A stretch of DNA of 62,962 bases from an uncultured Planctomycetales bacterium (GTDB lineage Bacteria; Omnitrophota; Gorgyraeia; Zapsychrales; Aceulaceae). This document shows positions 24,001 to 39,000 of the stretch, in pieces. Each line of letters begins with the position of its first letter. The first letter of the stretch is position 1. The notes beneath the pieces are model-generated. The model made no database searches. It was not told the origin of the DNA and saw only the letters and a list, made by a program, of their open reading frames with translations. The translations under genes and the position numbers were made by a program. The stretch lies in the NCBI GenBank assembly GCA_964648665.1, contig CAZYOA010000010.1, positions 1-62,962 of the forward strand. Reading direction: 5' to 3'.

Positions 24001-27000
24001 AGATCCAGATGCTCTTATTTTTGCTAAAAGAATGAAAGATTTAGAATATGTCAAATTAAGCGATGGAATTCCGGGTATTGCCAAATTGGCTCAAGAGGGA
24101 AAAATACTTTTAAGCCATCATATTGGATGTTGTCTTGCAGATTCAAAATTGATCTATCCTTTTGTAGATAAGTTTATTCGATTTTACTTAAAGGAAAAAC
24201 CGATTTTAAAGTCGACAAAGACCTATTCTTTGTGTTCTGAATATGGATTGAGTCCGATAAAAGCTCAAGAGGCTATAAGAAAAAAAGACTTTTTGGTTCT
24301 TAAGCCGATTAGAGGAGACGGAGGAAACGGGGTTGTTGTAGGTGTTCATAACAATTTTAGGGTGTGGAAGAGAGCTTTGGAGGAGGCTTTTGATAGTCCT
24401 CAAGATTTCTTGTTATTTGAATATGTTAAACCTTTAATTATAAATAATCGCATTACAAGTCATCGCTTGATTGTTGATGTCATGCCAGATCTTAAATGGG
24501 TGACTATGCCAGGTATATATTTGAGAGAGGTTAGTTCTTTAGGAAGCGGCGTTATGAATAGAGGAGAATACATGACGCATTATATGATTGCTTTAGTAGA
24601 GGGAATATCAGAATCTTCAAGTGCGCTTTCTGTTTCTAAGCATCAGATACAAAGGACAATCTTCTCGTCATCTTCTATTATCGTTAAAGCTGATCCAAGA
24701 GTTTGGAAGAAAGCAAAAGATCTTCATCTAGAAGAGACTTTGGGCGAGGCGATTAAACATATTCAAGATGGTTCTGGAAGAATTAAGAAGTTAGGATGGC
24801 ATCATTTGAATCTAGGCCTTTCTAATAAAATAATAGAAATGGTTAGCATGTGTCAGCTCTTTTATAATCAGTATAATTTTTTATATTTTATTTTGCCAGA
24901 TCAGTCTATTTGTGTAATCGAAATGGTTAGCGTTACTGCTGCTTGGAAGGATCGTCAATGGCGGGAGAGTCTGAAGCGTGCTATTGAGCGTGTTTTAAGG
25001 CCTTTTATTGAGGATGAGAAAAGACACAAAAGCTCTGTGGATATGTTGAAAATATTTGTGAACAAAAATCCTGAGAATGTGAGTCTTGCAATGTTGAAAG
25101 AAAGGCCTTTTGTGGTAGTTAATTTCCCTGTTGATTCTACAGGTTCGTTAAAGGAACTTCTTGAGAAAGATGTAGTGAGGTTCGAGGACGTTAAAGGTAG
25201 CGATCAATTTGATGCTTTTGGGAAAGAAAATCCGCATTGTCGCGTTGGCATCGATATGGAGAAAGGTAAAATATTTTTCTCACCTTCATCTTTTAAAGGT
25301 GAGTCGGCGTCTTTCGATGCTTGGTTTACTGTTTGCTTGATAAAGCGATTTCTAGAAAAAAAGAATGCCTCTTCTTTATTGTTGATTAAATCGCATAAGA
25401 ATTTTAATTTAAAAGTAAGCTCGTTGATATTGCAAGGAGCGGCAGAAGCTAGTCTTTTTGGAGAAGAACAGCTGATTCGCAAATGCGAGGATTTGGCGCA
25501 AAGAGGATATTCTAGAGCTTCGATTGGTCTTGAGATAGAGATTGATCGTCCGCTAAGTTTTTGTTCTGAGAAAAGAATAAAAGAGATTATTCAGAATTCT
25601 CAAGACTGGGAAGCAATGCAATATATTAAATTTAGCCCTGATTGGCTTTGTGGCCTTCCTGAATTTGCTTTTGGTCCATCGTGGAGTTTTTCAACGCAAA
25701 TGTATTTGTGGGAAAAAATGAAGGAAATTTTTGGCCTTAACGATAGTGATGTTAATTCTGTGCAGATTAATGTTGGTCTTCCAGCGAATACACTTAGAAA
25801 ATGTTCTAAGATGGGATTTTTAAAAGATTCTAGGTTTTTGATGTTAGCTATTGTCGTAGCTTTTGTTAGCAGCAAGCGAGTAGAAAGAAAAAAGACAAAG
25901 AAAGTTGCTAACGTCGATATAGATGCTATTTCCATTGATGGTAAGAAGCAAGTGCGTATCGAATACGGCTTCGGAGATATTGAAAACTTATCGAAAAGTG
26001 GTTTTATTCTTCATCGTGTTCACTCTGCAATTGAAGAATATTACAGAATTTATCAGCCTAAGAAATATGATATTTTTGAATCTGATCAAGCGTTTCCTTT
26101 GGCTGCGGTTTGGCAGGGAAAAGGCATGCTAGAGTTTAAACCATTGTTGCAAGAATGTGTTTTAAATGGAATTCCAGGTCTAAATTTTAGAAATGCGCAT
26201 ACATTTGAAAAGCTTATTCCTTGGCGTCGAAAGCACCCAATCCTTGTTAACGAAATTCGAGAATTATTATTATCTATGCTGAGCGATTGCCAGCGAGTTG
26301 ACTTAGATTTTGCTGGCAAAGAAAAAGTTTTGTTAGATCCACCTTTTGATTTTGTTAATGTTCGTGCAAGCTCGTTGATATTAACAGAAAAAGATATAGC
26401 GTTATCAAGGCAGCATGGACTTGGCATTCGCTACGTTAGTCCTGTTGGTGGAGAAATTGTTGAAGAAAATGTGCGTGTTGTTGAAATTTTATATCGGGAA
26501 CACCCAAATTATCTTACCGAAAAGATTAATTTTATTGTTTTAACCGAGCAAAGAGCCAAAAAGTTCTTCAAGGATTCTAAGATGATTAGAGTAGCCTTTA
26601 GTGGTCATCTATCTCATGGAAGACAATTGTTTTATCCATTAAAAAATACGATAGATGATATTTATTTATATTTAGGCGTTAAAGGAGCCGGCGATTTAAT
26701 TTCAAAGTGTCTGACATATTCTATTTCAAGATATAGAAATACAGGATTAGCTTATTTGGATGATTTTCAGAATGCAAAGAATTTCACGGATATTCTTAGA
26801 GCGAAAGGTGCTCGCGTTCCTTTACATGTAGCCGCAGGCAAGATGAACCATGTTATTGATCAAGATGGCAATATTGTAGAATTTGATGACAGCATGAGAA
26901 GCTCTACGGCAGATCACGAAGCTGGATTTCAGCGAGATCCAAGTTTGCATTTTATTCTTTATGATTATTATGACAGATTAGGGTATTTAAAAGATGTTGT

Positions 27001-30000
27001 GAAGAAGGATCCAGAGCTTTTAAGAATCAGGGGGCAGCTTGGAAATTTATCGCAAGAACAATACTTTCTCCATATTATTAAAGAATTAGCTTATACCGAG
27101 GCTAAGAAAGTAGAATTAGGAGTTGCAAAAGTTTCATTTCATGAAAATGATATTACGCTTGCTGGAATGGAAGTAGATTGGGATGAGGCGGCTTATATAA
27201 AAGATGTTGATTTTGGTAGTCCATATTCTTCTTTAACAAAAAATATGCAGGAAAAGAAGTTTTATGAGAAACATGGATTTATTTTATTTGATTACAACAG
27301 AAAAATAGAGATCTTGCAAAGATTTCAGATTTCTTTAAAAAAGTACGCCTTGTTTGAAATTTCTAATATCAGTGTGCAGCAAGAATTTTATCGTACATTT
27401 CTAGATAGCTTAAGTCTAGATATGCGTCGCAAGGTTATTGCTGCCACTTCATCAAATATTAAAATAAAAACTGCTATAGCTAGTGATATCTCATCCATTC
27501 TATCTCAATTCAGAGCTTTAGAAGGACAGACTTATAATCACATGGACGATGAATTGTCCGCGTTGTATGCCGTTAGATCTGAATATGAGCTTGTTGATGC
27601 TGATCAAGGTCTTTTAAGAAATCCACTTAAAATCAGAGATAGCAAATTGAACGCTTGCGTGCTGTCTGATTCGACTGTTTCACAGGCTGTTGCTTATGGA
27701 GCGATTGATGGAGAACATATTCTTCACTATCAAGGATTGCATAGAATTTTATGGACTTATTTTAAAGAAAAACAAGAAATTGTGATTTCTCTTCGGGGGC
27801 AAAAAGGAGGGCACGCTATTAGATGGAGTGCAAAAGAGAATTCTGTTGAGATTCTTTTTGCGAGCGAGCGCCACGACAGAGGTGAACAAGGTTTTTATTT
27901 CGGCGATAGCATTCTTAAAGTTGAAGGTCAAGACGTTGTATTTAATATGACTACTTTTCTTGCTCGGCCAAAAGATGCATTAGATAAGTTCCAGCTTAGT
28001 AAATATGGTTTGAAAGAAATGCAAATCGTTCAGGTTTTAGTTCCTGACGAAATTCTTTGGAAAGAGGTGTTGGTTAATTGTTGGAGTGGATTGCTTCCAT
28101 TTTTACAAATGAGAATCCAGGTTGTTTCTCCATCTATTATTAATAGAAATCCACAGAATTATCCTTATTTTGTAGATTCGCCTATTTCATCGCCTCTTCG
28201 ACGCTCTTCCTTAATGATAATTCTAAAAGAAACATCTTCACAAAAGATTTCAGAAATCCTTAAAGCTTGGTATTCAAAGCCGCGAGAGCTTTCGCTTATG
28301 CCATCTGAAGCACCACAGCATCTTTATTATGTTGTCGAGGAAAAAGAAATTGTTGCTATTTTAATAGCAGCGTATCCGAACGACGCGACGTGGTCTGCTT
28401 TAAGAATGTTTACTGTTGATTTATTAAAAGACGGTTTTTATATTGATTGCATTGAAACAGATGAATCTGTGAAGGGCAAAAGATGCGGAGAGTTGTTGTT
28501 GCGTGAATTTGTTTATGATTATAAGAAACATGATATGCTTGGAGACGGCGGAGAATCTGGAGCGCGCTGGCAATCGGTTTGGGAGGACCTTAAATTTCAT
28601 GAGACCATACCAGGATTTTTCGTCCGAAAAGGTGGTGTGAGTTCATCAAACTTAGGATGTAGTTATACAAATAGAAAAGTAAAACGTCATCGCATGCTTT
28701 GGTTGATTAGAGCAATCTCCGATTATGATAAATCATTATTTGACGAAATCAAAACTTTATTTCGAGGGGATAAGAAGAAGCAAAATATTTTAAATGTGAT
28801 TAATGATCATCGAGATATCGGTATTACAAGATTGTATCAGCGTGTTGATGGAGTAAGTTCTGCAAGGAAATTGAATCAACTGTTTGATAAGATGATTGAA
28901 GGCATTTTAAGGGGGCGCCCTAAAGCAAAAGAATTGTATTTAGAGGCTGGTGCGCTCTTCGAAGGTGGATATGAGCATGTTGAGCAAATAACAAAAGAGG
29001 ATGTGTTTAATATTATTTGGGTTTTGTATCAAATTGGAATTGAAAAAGAGAAAGAGCTTGATCGATTAATTATGCTATTTCCAGCGGCGATTAACCAGGC
29101 TCGATACAATCATGAGGCAGGAATTATTTCGGAAATAGGAGGCATTGTTCGAAAAGCCTCTCTTGGGATATCTCTAGCTGATATCATTGATCAAAGACAG
29201 AAATCGAACAAGAACTTATCTTTAGCGACGAATAGCAGGCAAGTCTTTGCTTATCTTTTGCATTTCGCACAGATTCCTTGTGTTGCTCAAAAGGTTTCTG
29301 AGTATCGCGAACAAAGCAAAGAAGTTGACGGGATTGTCAAGGAAAGCCCTCGAATTGCGCTTTCAAAGGTAAGAGGAATTATTCAGAATTTCTATTCTTT
29401 AGATCCGAAATCTTGGAGACGTCTTAAGAAAGATTTCTTTCATCTTCCTTCGATGCAAAAGTTGTCTAGAGGTAGGGGTATCTTTAAGAAGAAATTAGGT
29501 GAAAGATGGTCTGCTCTAGAGTATCAGGTTCAAGGTGGAGACCGTAGCCGTGAGGTTGTAACTTTAAGAGAAGATTTCAAGCTAGAAGATATACAGGTTA
29601 GCCTTAAGCAGGTACTTGAGCACCCTCTTGTTCAGTCTGAAATTTTGAATAAAGAAAAATATCCTACAGGTAAAGAACGTCGCCGTATCCTTAGAAGTAT
29701 TCGAGGCTACATGGAACACGCGCAAAAGCATGTAAAAAAAGAATCGTATCCACAAGCACTTGACTTTTATCAGAAGGCTAAAGATTTGATAAAAGGGTTA
29801 GGCTTTGATGCTAGAGCCGTTCGATCTTTAAGTGAACGCATTGATAGTGGGTGGGCAGAAGTAGAACGCTTAAGAATTGAACAAGAGATGCATAATTTTC
29901 GGTTAGATGTAGTTGTTGTGAATGAATCTTCTGTAAATGAATTTTTCTCTCCCCTTAGTCCGCATTTTGAATTGTTTTCTTCCTTCCCAAAAAATCAATG

Positions 30001-33000
30001 GAAAAATATCATTAATAAAGATATACAGGAAAATACTTTTGGTGTTATTGCAGGGTTTAAAAATGCGAAGAATCAGTTTGTAGCTTTAATGTATTATCAC
30101 AAAAAAACATATTCTTTCTTAGACGAAAAGTTTTATGTAGGCTCTCCGGAATGTGTACCTAAAGAAATATTTAATATTGTTTTTGCTGAAACTTTAAAAT
30201 CATTTGATCGGTCAAAAGAATTTATTGAATTATTAATTCAAGAAGCTATAAATCTTAGCCTGCAAGACATATCTTTAGATTTAAAGTTTCAAGGTGCTAT
30301 AACTTTTGATTATGTAACTTGTGGGACAGAAGCAATCTCTGAAAAAAGTATGAAAGAGTTTTTAAAAGGTTTAGGATTTCAAGCAGTATTGCTGGAGAGA
30401 CCTGTAGGGCTTTTTGAAACAGCAAAAAGTGAAGCTGGTTTTATGTTTTTGGCTAAAGACGCAAATGAGTCTCAAAATCAGAATAAAGATCTTAGTCAGC
30501 GTAAGAGCAGCTTATCATTACAGCTAAAGAAAGTAGCTTCTTCTAGCCTTGATCGACTTATTGTAAAACTCAAAGTTATAAATGAAAAAGAATTTTCAAG
30601 ACGACCAGAAATTATTAGCCATCATGGACTTCCTCATTCTTTAGCTGTTTGGAATGCGTGTAAAGCAGTTGCCGGTGAATTTGGTGCAGATCTTGAGGTT
30701 TTAGCTGTCGGAGCATTCTTACACGATATTGGCATTGCTTATACCGATGACATGCGTCATGGTCGTGTAAGTGTTAGAAGGGCAAGGCCTCTCTTAGAAA
30801 GCATCGGATTCGTACGAGAAAAAATTGATCTAGCTATAAGAATTATTGATGAACATGATGATTATAAGGTCTATAGAGAAAGTATAGAAAGCCAGATTCT
30901 TTTTTATGCAGACACAAGGGCTGCTTTTGGGGCTCGAGGAGCGCAAAGATATATCGACATTTATAAGGAGCGGGGTATTCAAGAATCAGACATTCCAAGT
31001 CTTGCTTTAAAAAACATGAAGAAAAGATATGATTTGGTTCTAAATTTGGATTTTAAAGCAAAGCTCAAAGTTCCTTATAGTCGCGGTCAGAAGTTTTTGC
31101 AAGACATCGTCGATGGTAACCATAGATCTAAAGTTTCTAAACTTAAGACGCCAAGATTTTATATCTTGGATCATGCTTTTTGGATTTCACCGTATCTTTT
31201 GAAGCAAACACAAAGGCGCCACCGAGGTAAGAATGAAAGATATGAAGTTACGCTAATTGATCAAACGTCTGGTCTTTGGATTAAGTTTCTTTATAAAAAG
31301 AGTGAAAATTGTTTTGTTATTAAAATTCCTGAATTTTGTTGGCATAAAAAAGTTTTTCCACTTTTGCTAGAAAGAATTTACCTTAAAGATATTTTTAAGA
31401 AAAGCGTAAAACTTTTAAATTACAGAATTGTATTTCAGTTTGTATTGCGCATGATGATAGCTCGACATCCTTTTGTTTCGGTCGACAAGGCTGTTTTTGA
31501 AGAAGTTGAAGCTTTTGGTCAAAGAAAAGAGATAAATAAAACGCTCACACAGAAGTATGTTGATTTTGTAGGATTTCATATGATTGGTATTTTAGAGGGA
31601 ATTCAGGGTCATGTTAATCGTTATCGAGATAGCGACAAACAAACTGCGTTATTTTTTATTCTTTCAGATAAAAATGATTCTTCTATTTTTATCGTTGTCT
31701 GTCGTATTGGAGAAAAGATTTATATTCTCAATTCTGATATTTCTTTTGATGAGCTTTTTCCTAAAAAGAACGGCAAGCTTTTAACTAAGCGCATTGATCT
31801 TAAGCAGAACAAAAGCTTTGCTAAATTTTTATCGAAGATGAACGTTAGGTATAGAGAAGGAAAAGAACGTAAATTTAAAGAAAATGAAAAAGTTCTCTTT
31901 TATTTTAATAAAACAGCGGTCAAGGCAAGAGCGAATCAGCCTGTGGACGCGGTTAAGATAAAAGATCCATTAATTAAAAAAGGTATTTTGGGTGGTCAGG
32001 TTGATATCTTAAGCAGAAAGAACGGAGAGCTTTTGTGTCGAGTTATCCACGTCTTAGAAGATAAAGAACAAGGTGTTATTTTTACGATTGAAGGTCTTGA
32101 GCTTGAAAATGGCCAACTTCTTCGTGTTGCTGTGCAAAGTACAGTTATTCATCTTAATCGAGTTTTTACGCTTTTTAATCTTATCCGAAATGTCTTAAAG
32201 CCTTCTGCGCAAAAACAATTGGATGTTTTATCTGAAACGTTTTCTTTTGCATGTATTGCAAAATCAAATTACCAAGTTCCTTATCAAATAGATTCTGAAT
32301 TAGGACAAATTACATTCTTAAAGACGACTGGTGAATCAAAAAAGAAAAATTCATCTAATATTATTCTGCTGGATTTATCAATAAATAAAAAGATTCGTAA
32401 GAGTTCTTCAAATATTGACTTAGGAAAAGACTCTGGGAAAGAAGCTGGATCTCTGTGGCAGCAATTTAGGTTGGCTGATCATATTATTGAGAGTGAATCG
32501 AAAGAGCTTAGATGGCTTAAGAAATCATATAAGATGATTAATTATATTCGAAGAATGTTAGCAAAGATTGCTTTGAATCAAGAGAATGTAGCTCTTCGAG
32601 AAGATGAAATTGATCAGATTAGAGATGTTTTAAAGTCCTTAATTGATGAGGGAGAACAAGAAGCTGGCATGAAGCGTCCCATCAAAAAGGTGAAGATACA
32701 AATTAAAGAACGATTAGAGTTTGCTTTGGAATATGTCGAAACGCAAAAGTCGGCAGCTTTTGCAATTTTTTTAAGTGATACCTTAAGGCTCATGGTTCAA
32801 AGAGGAAAAGCAATTAGAAATATTATAAATTCTATATATAATTGTCAAATTTTAGGCTTAGAGAAGGAGTCTAGTTCTAAAAGCTTTGAATTCTTAAGAT
32901 ACATAATTAATATCGAGCAAGAAATTAACGTTGGTGGACTTAATGCTGCTTATAAATTAATTCAGAAGCTTAAAAACGCAGAACATTTAAGCTGTTGTTT

Positions 33001-36000
33001 TGATAATCCTGATTTTCGGCGTGCTCGACAATCATTAAGCTTTGCAGGCTGGCTGATAAGAACCAAGGGTGACTTAGACATTGCTAAAAGACAAATACAA
33101 TCTATCAAGTTTGCAACCTCTAGATCTCAGTATTTAAACTCATTTATGCATATATTTCGAAAGAGTTATATTTTAGATAAACTTGATGGTGAAGGGTTTC
33201 CAAAAAAGAGAATTTTTAATTTTGCTTATAAAAAGTTTATGTTGGAAAATAAAATGTCGTTAACGTGTGTACAGGCGAACATGTTACATGTTCTTTTTTA
33301 CTCTTGCGTGTTTATTCCTTTTAAGATTGATTCACTGAAGAAAAAAGGAAAACGAATTAAAAATCCTTTATTTTCAGCTTTTTTATCTTTCATGGAAATC
33401 CAACAGCTTGCTTCTTTTAATTATCTTCGTAAGGACACAAGAAAGAAAATTCCCGCAACTTCAGCATGGATAGATCAATTTATAAAAATGGGCAAAGAAA
33501 ATTTTTATTGTTTATCTCAAAGAGAACGAATGAATATTATTGATGCTTTAGTTGAAGATTATGCGTTAACAAAAGAAGACCGTTCTCATATTGTTTTTTC
33601 ATCAATCTCAAAAGAAAGACATGAAAAATATTTATTTGATAAAGCTTTTCAAGTTGTTAAATCAATTGAAAGCTTGTGTCAGGAAAATAAATTTGATTGG
33701 TTTGATGAAAGAATCAAAGAAAAAATAGAAAACTTGATTTTCGAAATTCGTCAGAATCTAGAAATTGAGAGAGGTATTGTTTCTGAAAAGATTATTGAGA
33801 TTTTGCAGATGGTTATTCTAGAGTCATTTATCCCTGAGTACGACACAAATATTTTAAAGATTCTTTATGAACTTGTTTTGTACCAAGACATGTATCTAGG
33901 GCCAGAGTGGAGCAACTATATTGTGTCGTTGTTAAGCCGACAACAGGAATTCTCACCTGATTATGAAGATGTTGTAAGAATGGCTATGGTTGTTTCAACG
34001 CAAAATCTTAAAAGAAAACCAGATAATAAAAGAAATAAAAAAAGTAGTTCACAAATTTCATCTTTAACGTCGGTAAAGCTCCTTGGTTTTACATTTAAAA
34101 TAGATGATAAGAGCGCGGCATGCGAAGGAACTCAAGGAATTAAGCTTATTGCTGAATGGAATGATGAAAAAAAAGCTGGCATATCGGATATTTATATTTA
34201 TAGTCAATTTTATAAAAATGGAGGCCGGTCTTTAAGAGGTGTTTATATTGATTCTCAGTTTCAGGGTCTTGGTTTTGTTTATCCTGTTTTATCGATGTTT
34301 TTTAGTATATTTAAAGATGTTCGATCAACACATCCTCTGTTGGTTTTTCCGGGATTTCTAACTCTTTTAAGAAATGAATACGGATTTTCTCCTGAAAGAA
34401 ATGAGGAGCAAAATGCTGTTTTTAGCCGAAGTTTAGATGAAGGAAAGCATTTAATTTTCTTTTTTGATCAAGATGTCGAGATGCTTTTTACTGATCGAGG
34501 AGCTCAAGTTTTACATAAATATCGAATAGTTAGGAATGTTAATCAGGTTAGAAATCCAATTCCATTGTTTTTAGGAAATCCACTTGTTGTAAAAAAGGAA
34601 CAAAAGTTTCAAGATTCTATTTCGCGATATCCATTCGAAATGGTTTCAGGAAAACCAGAAGATCTAGCATTTGGTGTTTCGAAAAGTTCTTCATTGATAA
34701 AATATGATTTTCTTACGCGTCTTAAGCAGTTTGATGGCATGGTGATTGAAATCAACGATTATTATGGGGCGCCAAATATACAAAAACAAGCCATGCTTTT
34801 AAGAAGAGCTGTTCAGGTTCAAAGGCTTCGGCGCACTTGTAAGCAAGAATCCTTTTTTGTAAATAAAGATGACTGCTTTAATGATACTTTGATAAAACCT
34901 GGCGATCGCATTCAATGGCTTTTGTTTGGTGGCCTTTTGCGGGCTTGCCTTGTGGATATGTTAAAAAAGATTCTCAAGCATGAGAAAGCTTTAACAAGCG
35001 AAGCGAACTTAGTTTTTGCGTTACCGCTTTTTGCTATTAATACGCGTTATCGATTCTACAGGGCAAATGATATAGGTGAATTTCGAGACTATCCGCATCC
35101 TCAAAAAATTCCGCAACTTCTTGCCGAGCATTCCACGCGAGGAGAATTGACAACAGGAAAAGAAGACGATGTGCTGTATGGCAAAGATTATTTCACGTTA
35201 GATTATCCTAAACAATATACAGCTGTGATTCGTAATAATGGTCAAATTTTGCGTGTGATTCCCGCTCAAGGTAAATTAACTTTTACCTTGGATTTTTTTA
35301 CATCGTTTGAATCTATGGAAGAACATGCTTTTCAGGCACTTGCTTCATCTGCGATGATTTTGTCTTTCGGTTTGAGAAGCCCTATGGGAAAGTTACTGCT
35401 TGTTTCTTCATCGGCAAAGAGAGTGAGCTCGTTTTGTCTTGAAGGTGGGCAGGGGTCTTCAACTATTCAGGTTGCGTCTTCAGGCCAAAGTTCCTATCCT
35501 GCTAGGTCTAGTGTAGAAATTATGAAACCGCAAGTTTCTTTAGCGGACATTAGAGCTTCCTCAACGGTTGGTAATCAATTAAATTTTAGAACTTCTGAAG
35601 GGGTATTGTTATCCGAAGAGCCTCGAAAGCTTCCAAGCCATATTCGCCAAAGCGTGCTACCAAAAGGTAAAACGATTGTTGTCATGGGGAAAAATGTTGA
35701 GCGCGACGCGGGGCAGACAATTGAAATGTTAATGAAGCACAACACTGTCATTTTGATACTAGCTGACAAATCTATCGAAACGGAGAAGGCGCTCATTGAA
35801 GCAAACCCAGATATTATTATTGCCCCAGATAGAGACAGCGTGTCTGAAGCGCTTATTCAGGAGTATTGCAACAAGCAAAAAAGAGAAGTCAATGTTCTTT
35901 ATTATTGGAATCTGGCAGCCATGTTGCAAGGAAACCACATAGATGTTTCTCAAAAACCAAACTTAAGTGTGGCCGGTGAGCATATTCGCCTTGTAGTAGA

Positions 36001-39000
36001 ATCGATACAGGCTCATGGTACACAAGTTCCTCGTAAGGATTTTCTTTATAGGACAGCTTATGACCGAGGCGTTGAATATATATCCAAAGCCTCAGCCATG
36101 ATCGCAGAGCTTTTAGGGCTTAATTTTACGTCTGGAAAACACGCAAATAATTTTGTTGTAACTAAAATAACAAAGAGAGGCAAGCTTCTCGCGCCGGATT
36201 CATTCAAGAGATATCAAATTGTTTTTAACGGAGAAAAAGAAAAAGACGGGTTTGAAATTATTGATATGTATACAGGGCAGCCAGTCTTATTTATTTCTCC
36301 CCATCCAGATGACCCTGAAATCTCTGCAGGATTCTTGCTCATTTTTCTTCTAATTCAGGGTGCTTCGATTCACAATATTATTTATTCATCTGGAAAGAAT
36401 GGTGTTGTTGATGATGATCCTCTGCTAAAAGAGCTTCGCGAGAAGTTTAGTTTTGAGCCGGAAATGGCCAAGGCTATAATAAGAACGTTTGAGGCTGGGC
36501 AATCAGCTATGTTTTTACGTTCGGCTTTATTGGCTTTGGGAAAACTTAAAGGTGACATTGAGGTCTTGAGCTTAACGGCAGATCAGATATTTTCTAATGG
36601 CAAAGAAAAAGATACTCGTCTTTATAAAAGGTTTTCGGCAGTCTTACAGAATCATCTTAGGTTTAGAGCAAGCTCGAAAGAAGGAATCAACAAGCCAGAT
36701 CTACCATTTGTTGTTGCGCTTACTCATCCGGTTGACAGGCATCCAACGCATATTGATGCCTACAAGAGGAGCATTAAGGTTCTTCATCAGTTAGCCGTAA
36801 AGTATAATATTGAAATTCAGATTATCTATTATATGCCGCCATGGCAAGGGGATTATGACACGTATTTTCAATCTTCATCTAAACAAAAAATAGAGGACGT
36901 TGCTCGTTTAAGCAAAGAGGATCAGATTACAGCATTGATGTCTCAGGGAATGGCTTATTTTACTGCAGAACTCACTATGAAGGCGTTTGGAGCTAAGGTT
37001 CCTTTCCTTAAGGATATGGGCGGAGAACGTGTTGAGCGGTTTAGAAGAGGTGTGGTTAGAGCGTCTTCCTCAGCAATCGATTGTAAGTTTTTAATACATT
37101 TTTCCAAGGTCAGAAAGTCGCTTTCAATTTATTCTTGGGAAGGCGGCTCTTTGGAGCAAAAAGAAAGAATTGAACGCTTGCTTTCTGGTTTAAGCCAAGT
37201 TATTCCTAAAAAACATTGTGAGTATTTAAAATATATCCACCTACGCTCTGGTTTTGTTTGGAATAAATTTACGGGTCTCTTTACTCGAGCGGGGGGAGGT
37301 ATGGTGCGTGATAAGCATGGGATTATTTTTTATAATATAGATTTGCTTTCAGATTATGAGCTAAAAGAAAAAATATTCCACGAGATTGGTCATTTGGTTC
37401 AGCGTCATCTAGATAAAAAGACGAGAAGAAGTTGGCCAGTTAGTATGATTACTCACCTTGACGTCTATGCTCCCAGGGCCCTTGTTACATCTCTCATAGC
37501 TTTATTAATAATGGTTAACATGTTCGGCATGCACGTTTCTTATCATGTTCCAATTGCCCTGTTTATTTTCTATTATTATTATTGGTTTTTTGCGCGTCGA
37601 ACCATGCGGAAAATCTTATCATTACAAGGAAGTTATGTTTCCGATTACGCCACTCATAATTGTAGCGAAGATTTTGCAGAAAGTTACAGGTATTATTTTC
37701 TTTATCGCAATGAATTTTTCAGTAAGGCTAAAAAGAATGACATATTGAATGTTAAATTCAAGATACTGCAAGAAGAAGAGGAAAATGCCATTTCCTCGCC
37801 GGTAGTTTCTTTGGGAACAACAATAGCTATTGTTGGCCTTGGTAGATGGGGTCAAATTTTGGTAAAAGTGTTAGATGATTTTCTAGAATATAATATTATT
37901 GGAATTGCTCGCAGTAATTATGAAGAGCTAAAGAAAAGAGGGCCTCTTGGTGTAAATGTCAAAATACTTAGTCATAAAGATTATCAAGTGCAAGTATTAA
38001 ATAATCCTGATATAAAAATAGTCGTTATTGCTACTCAGCCTTCCAGTCATTATCAATTAACCAAAGATGCTCTTTTAGCAGGGAAGAATGTTCTTGTTGA
38101 AAAACCATTTGTACAGAGCTTGGAAGAAGCGCAAGAGTTAATAGGGCTTGCCAATAGGAATAATCAAGTTTTGGCTGTTGGGTATGAGCTTATGCATGAT
38201 TATTATATTAATTTGCTCAAAGATATTATAGAAAACAAAGCTATTGGGCGTGTTATCGGAGCCGAGATTAATATTATGAATTTGTCTTTAGAAGAAAAAT
38301 TGAACATAAGCGTTAATGTTGTAGAAGAATTGGGTGTGCATGCTTTTAGCATTGTTCAAGTTCTTTTTGGGGTGAGAGAAACGACGGAACTTTGTGCTCT
38401 TGTAAAAGAAAATAAAGCTCAGGTTGGATTTATTCATGATGGCATAAAGGTAATGATAAATGTTTCAACAGAAGCTCAATATAAAAAAAGAACAATTATT
38501 GTCAAGGGAGACAACGGGACAATTGAATTAGATTATGCTATTGGCAGTTTTATAGCGAAAGATAATTATGGAAATATGATTAGTAAAGATGATCTAGGGC
38601 TTTCAGAGCAGTTGTTGGCTAAAAAAAGAAATTCACCTTCAACGTTGGAGGCCGAATTTAAATTGGTTTTAAAAGCAATCGAGACAGGTAGTGAACTTAT
38701 TAATAGTGCTGAGAATGTTTTGTGGATAACAGCTCTAACTAGCCAGATTAATCATCTTGTCTTGGCAGAGAATGGAGTGTTGCCTGCAAGTTTTTATGAT
38801 ATAGATATTAGCAAGAATATGCCTCAAGGGAAAGCAGAGGCTTTTATTAGAGGAGAATATACAGAGTATCCATTTAAGGTTGAATTTTATGTTGGAACAC
38901 ATTGCCCCGGAAATTGTATATTTTGCCCAAGAAATGTTGATGGGGAGATGTGTAATTATGATACGGAGGCAGAAGCTGGCTTGGTTAAGCTTTCACCCGA

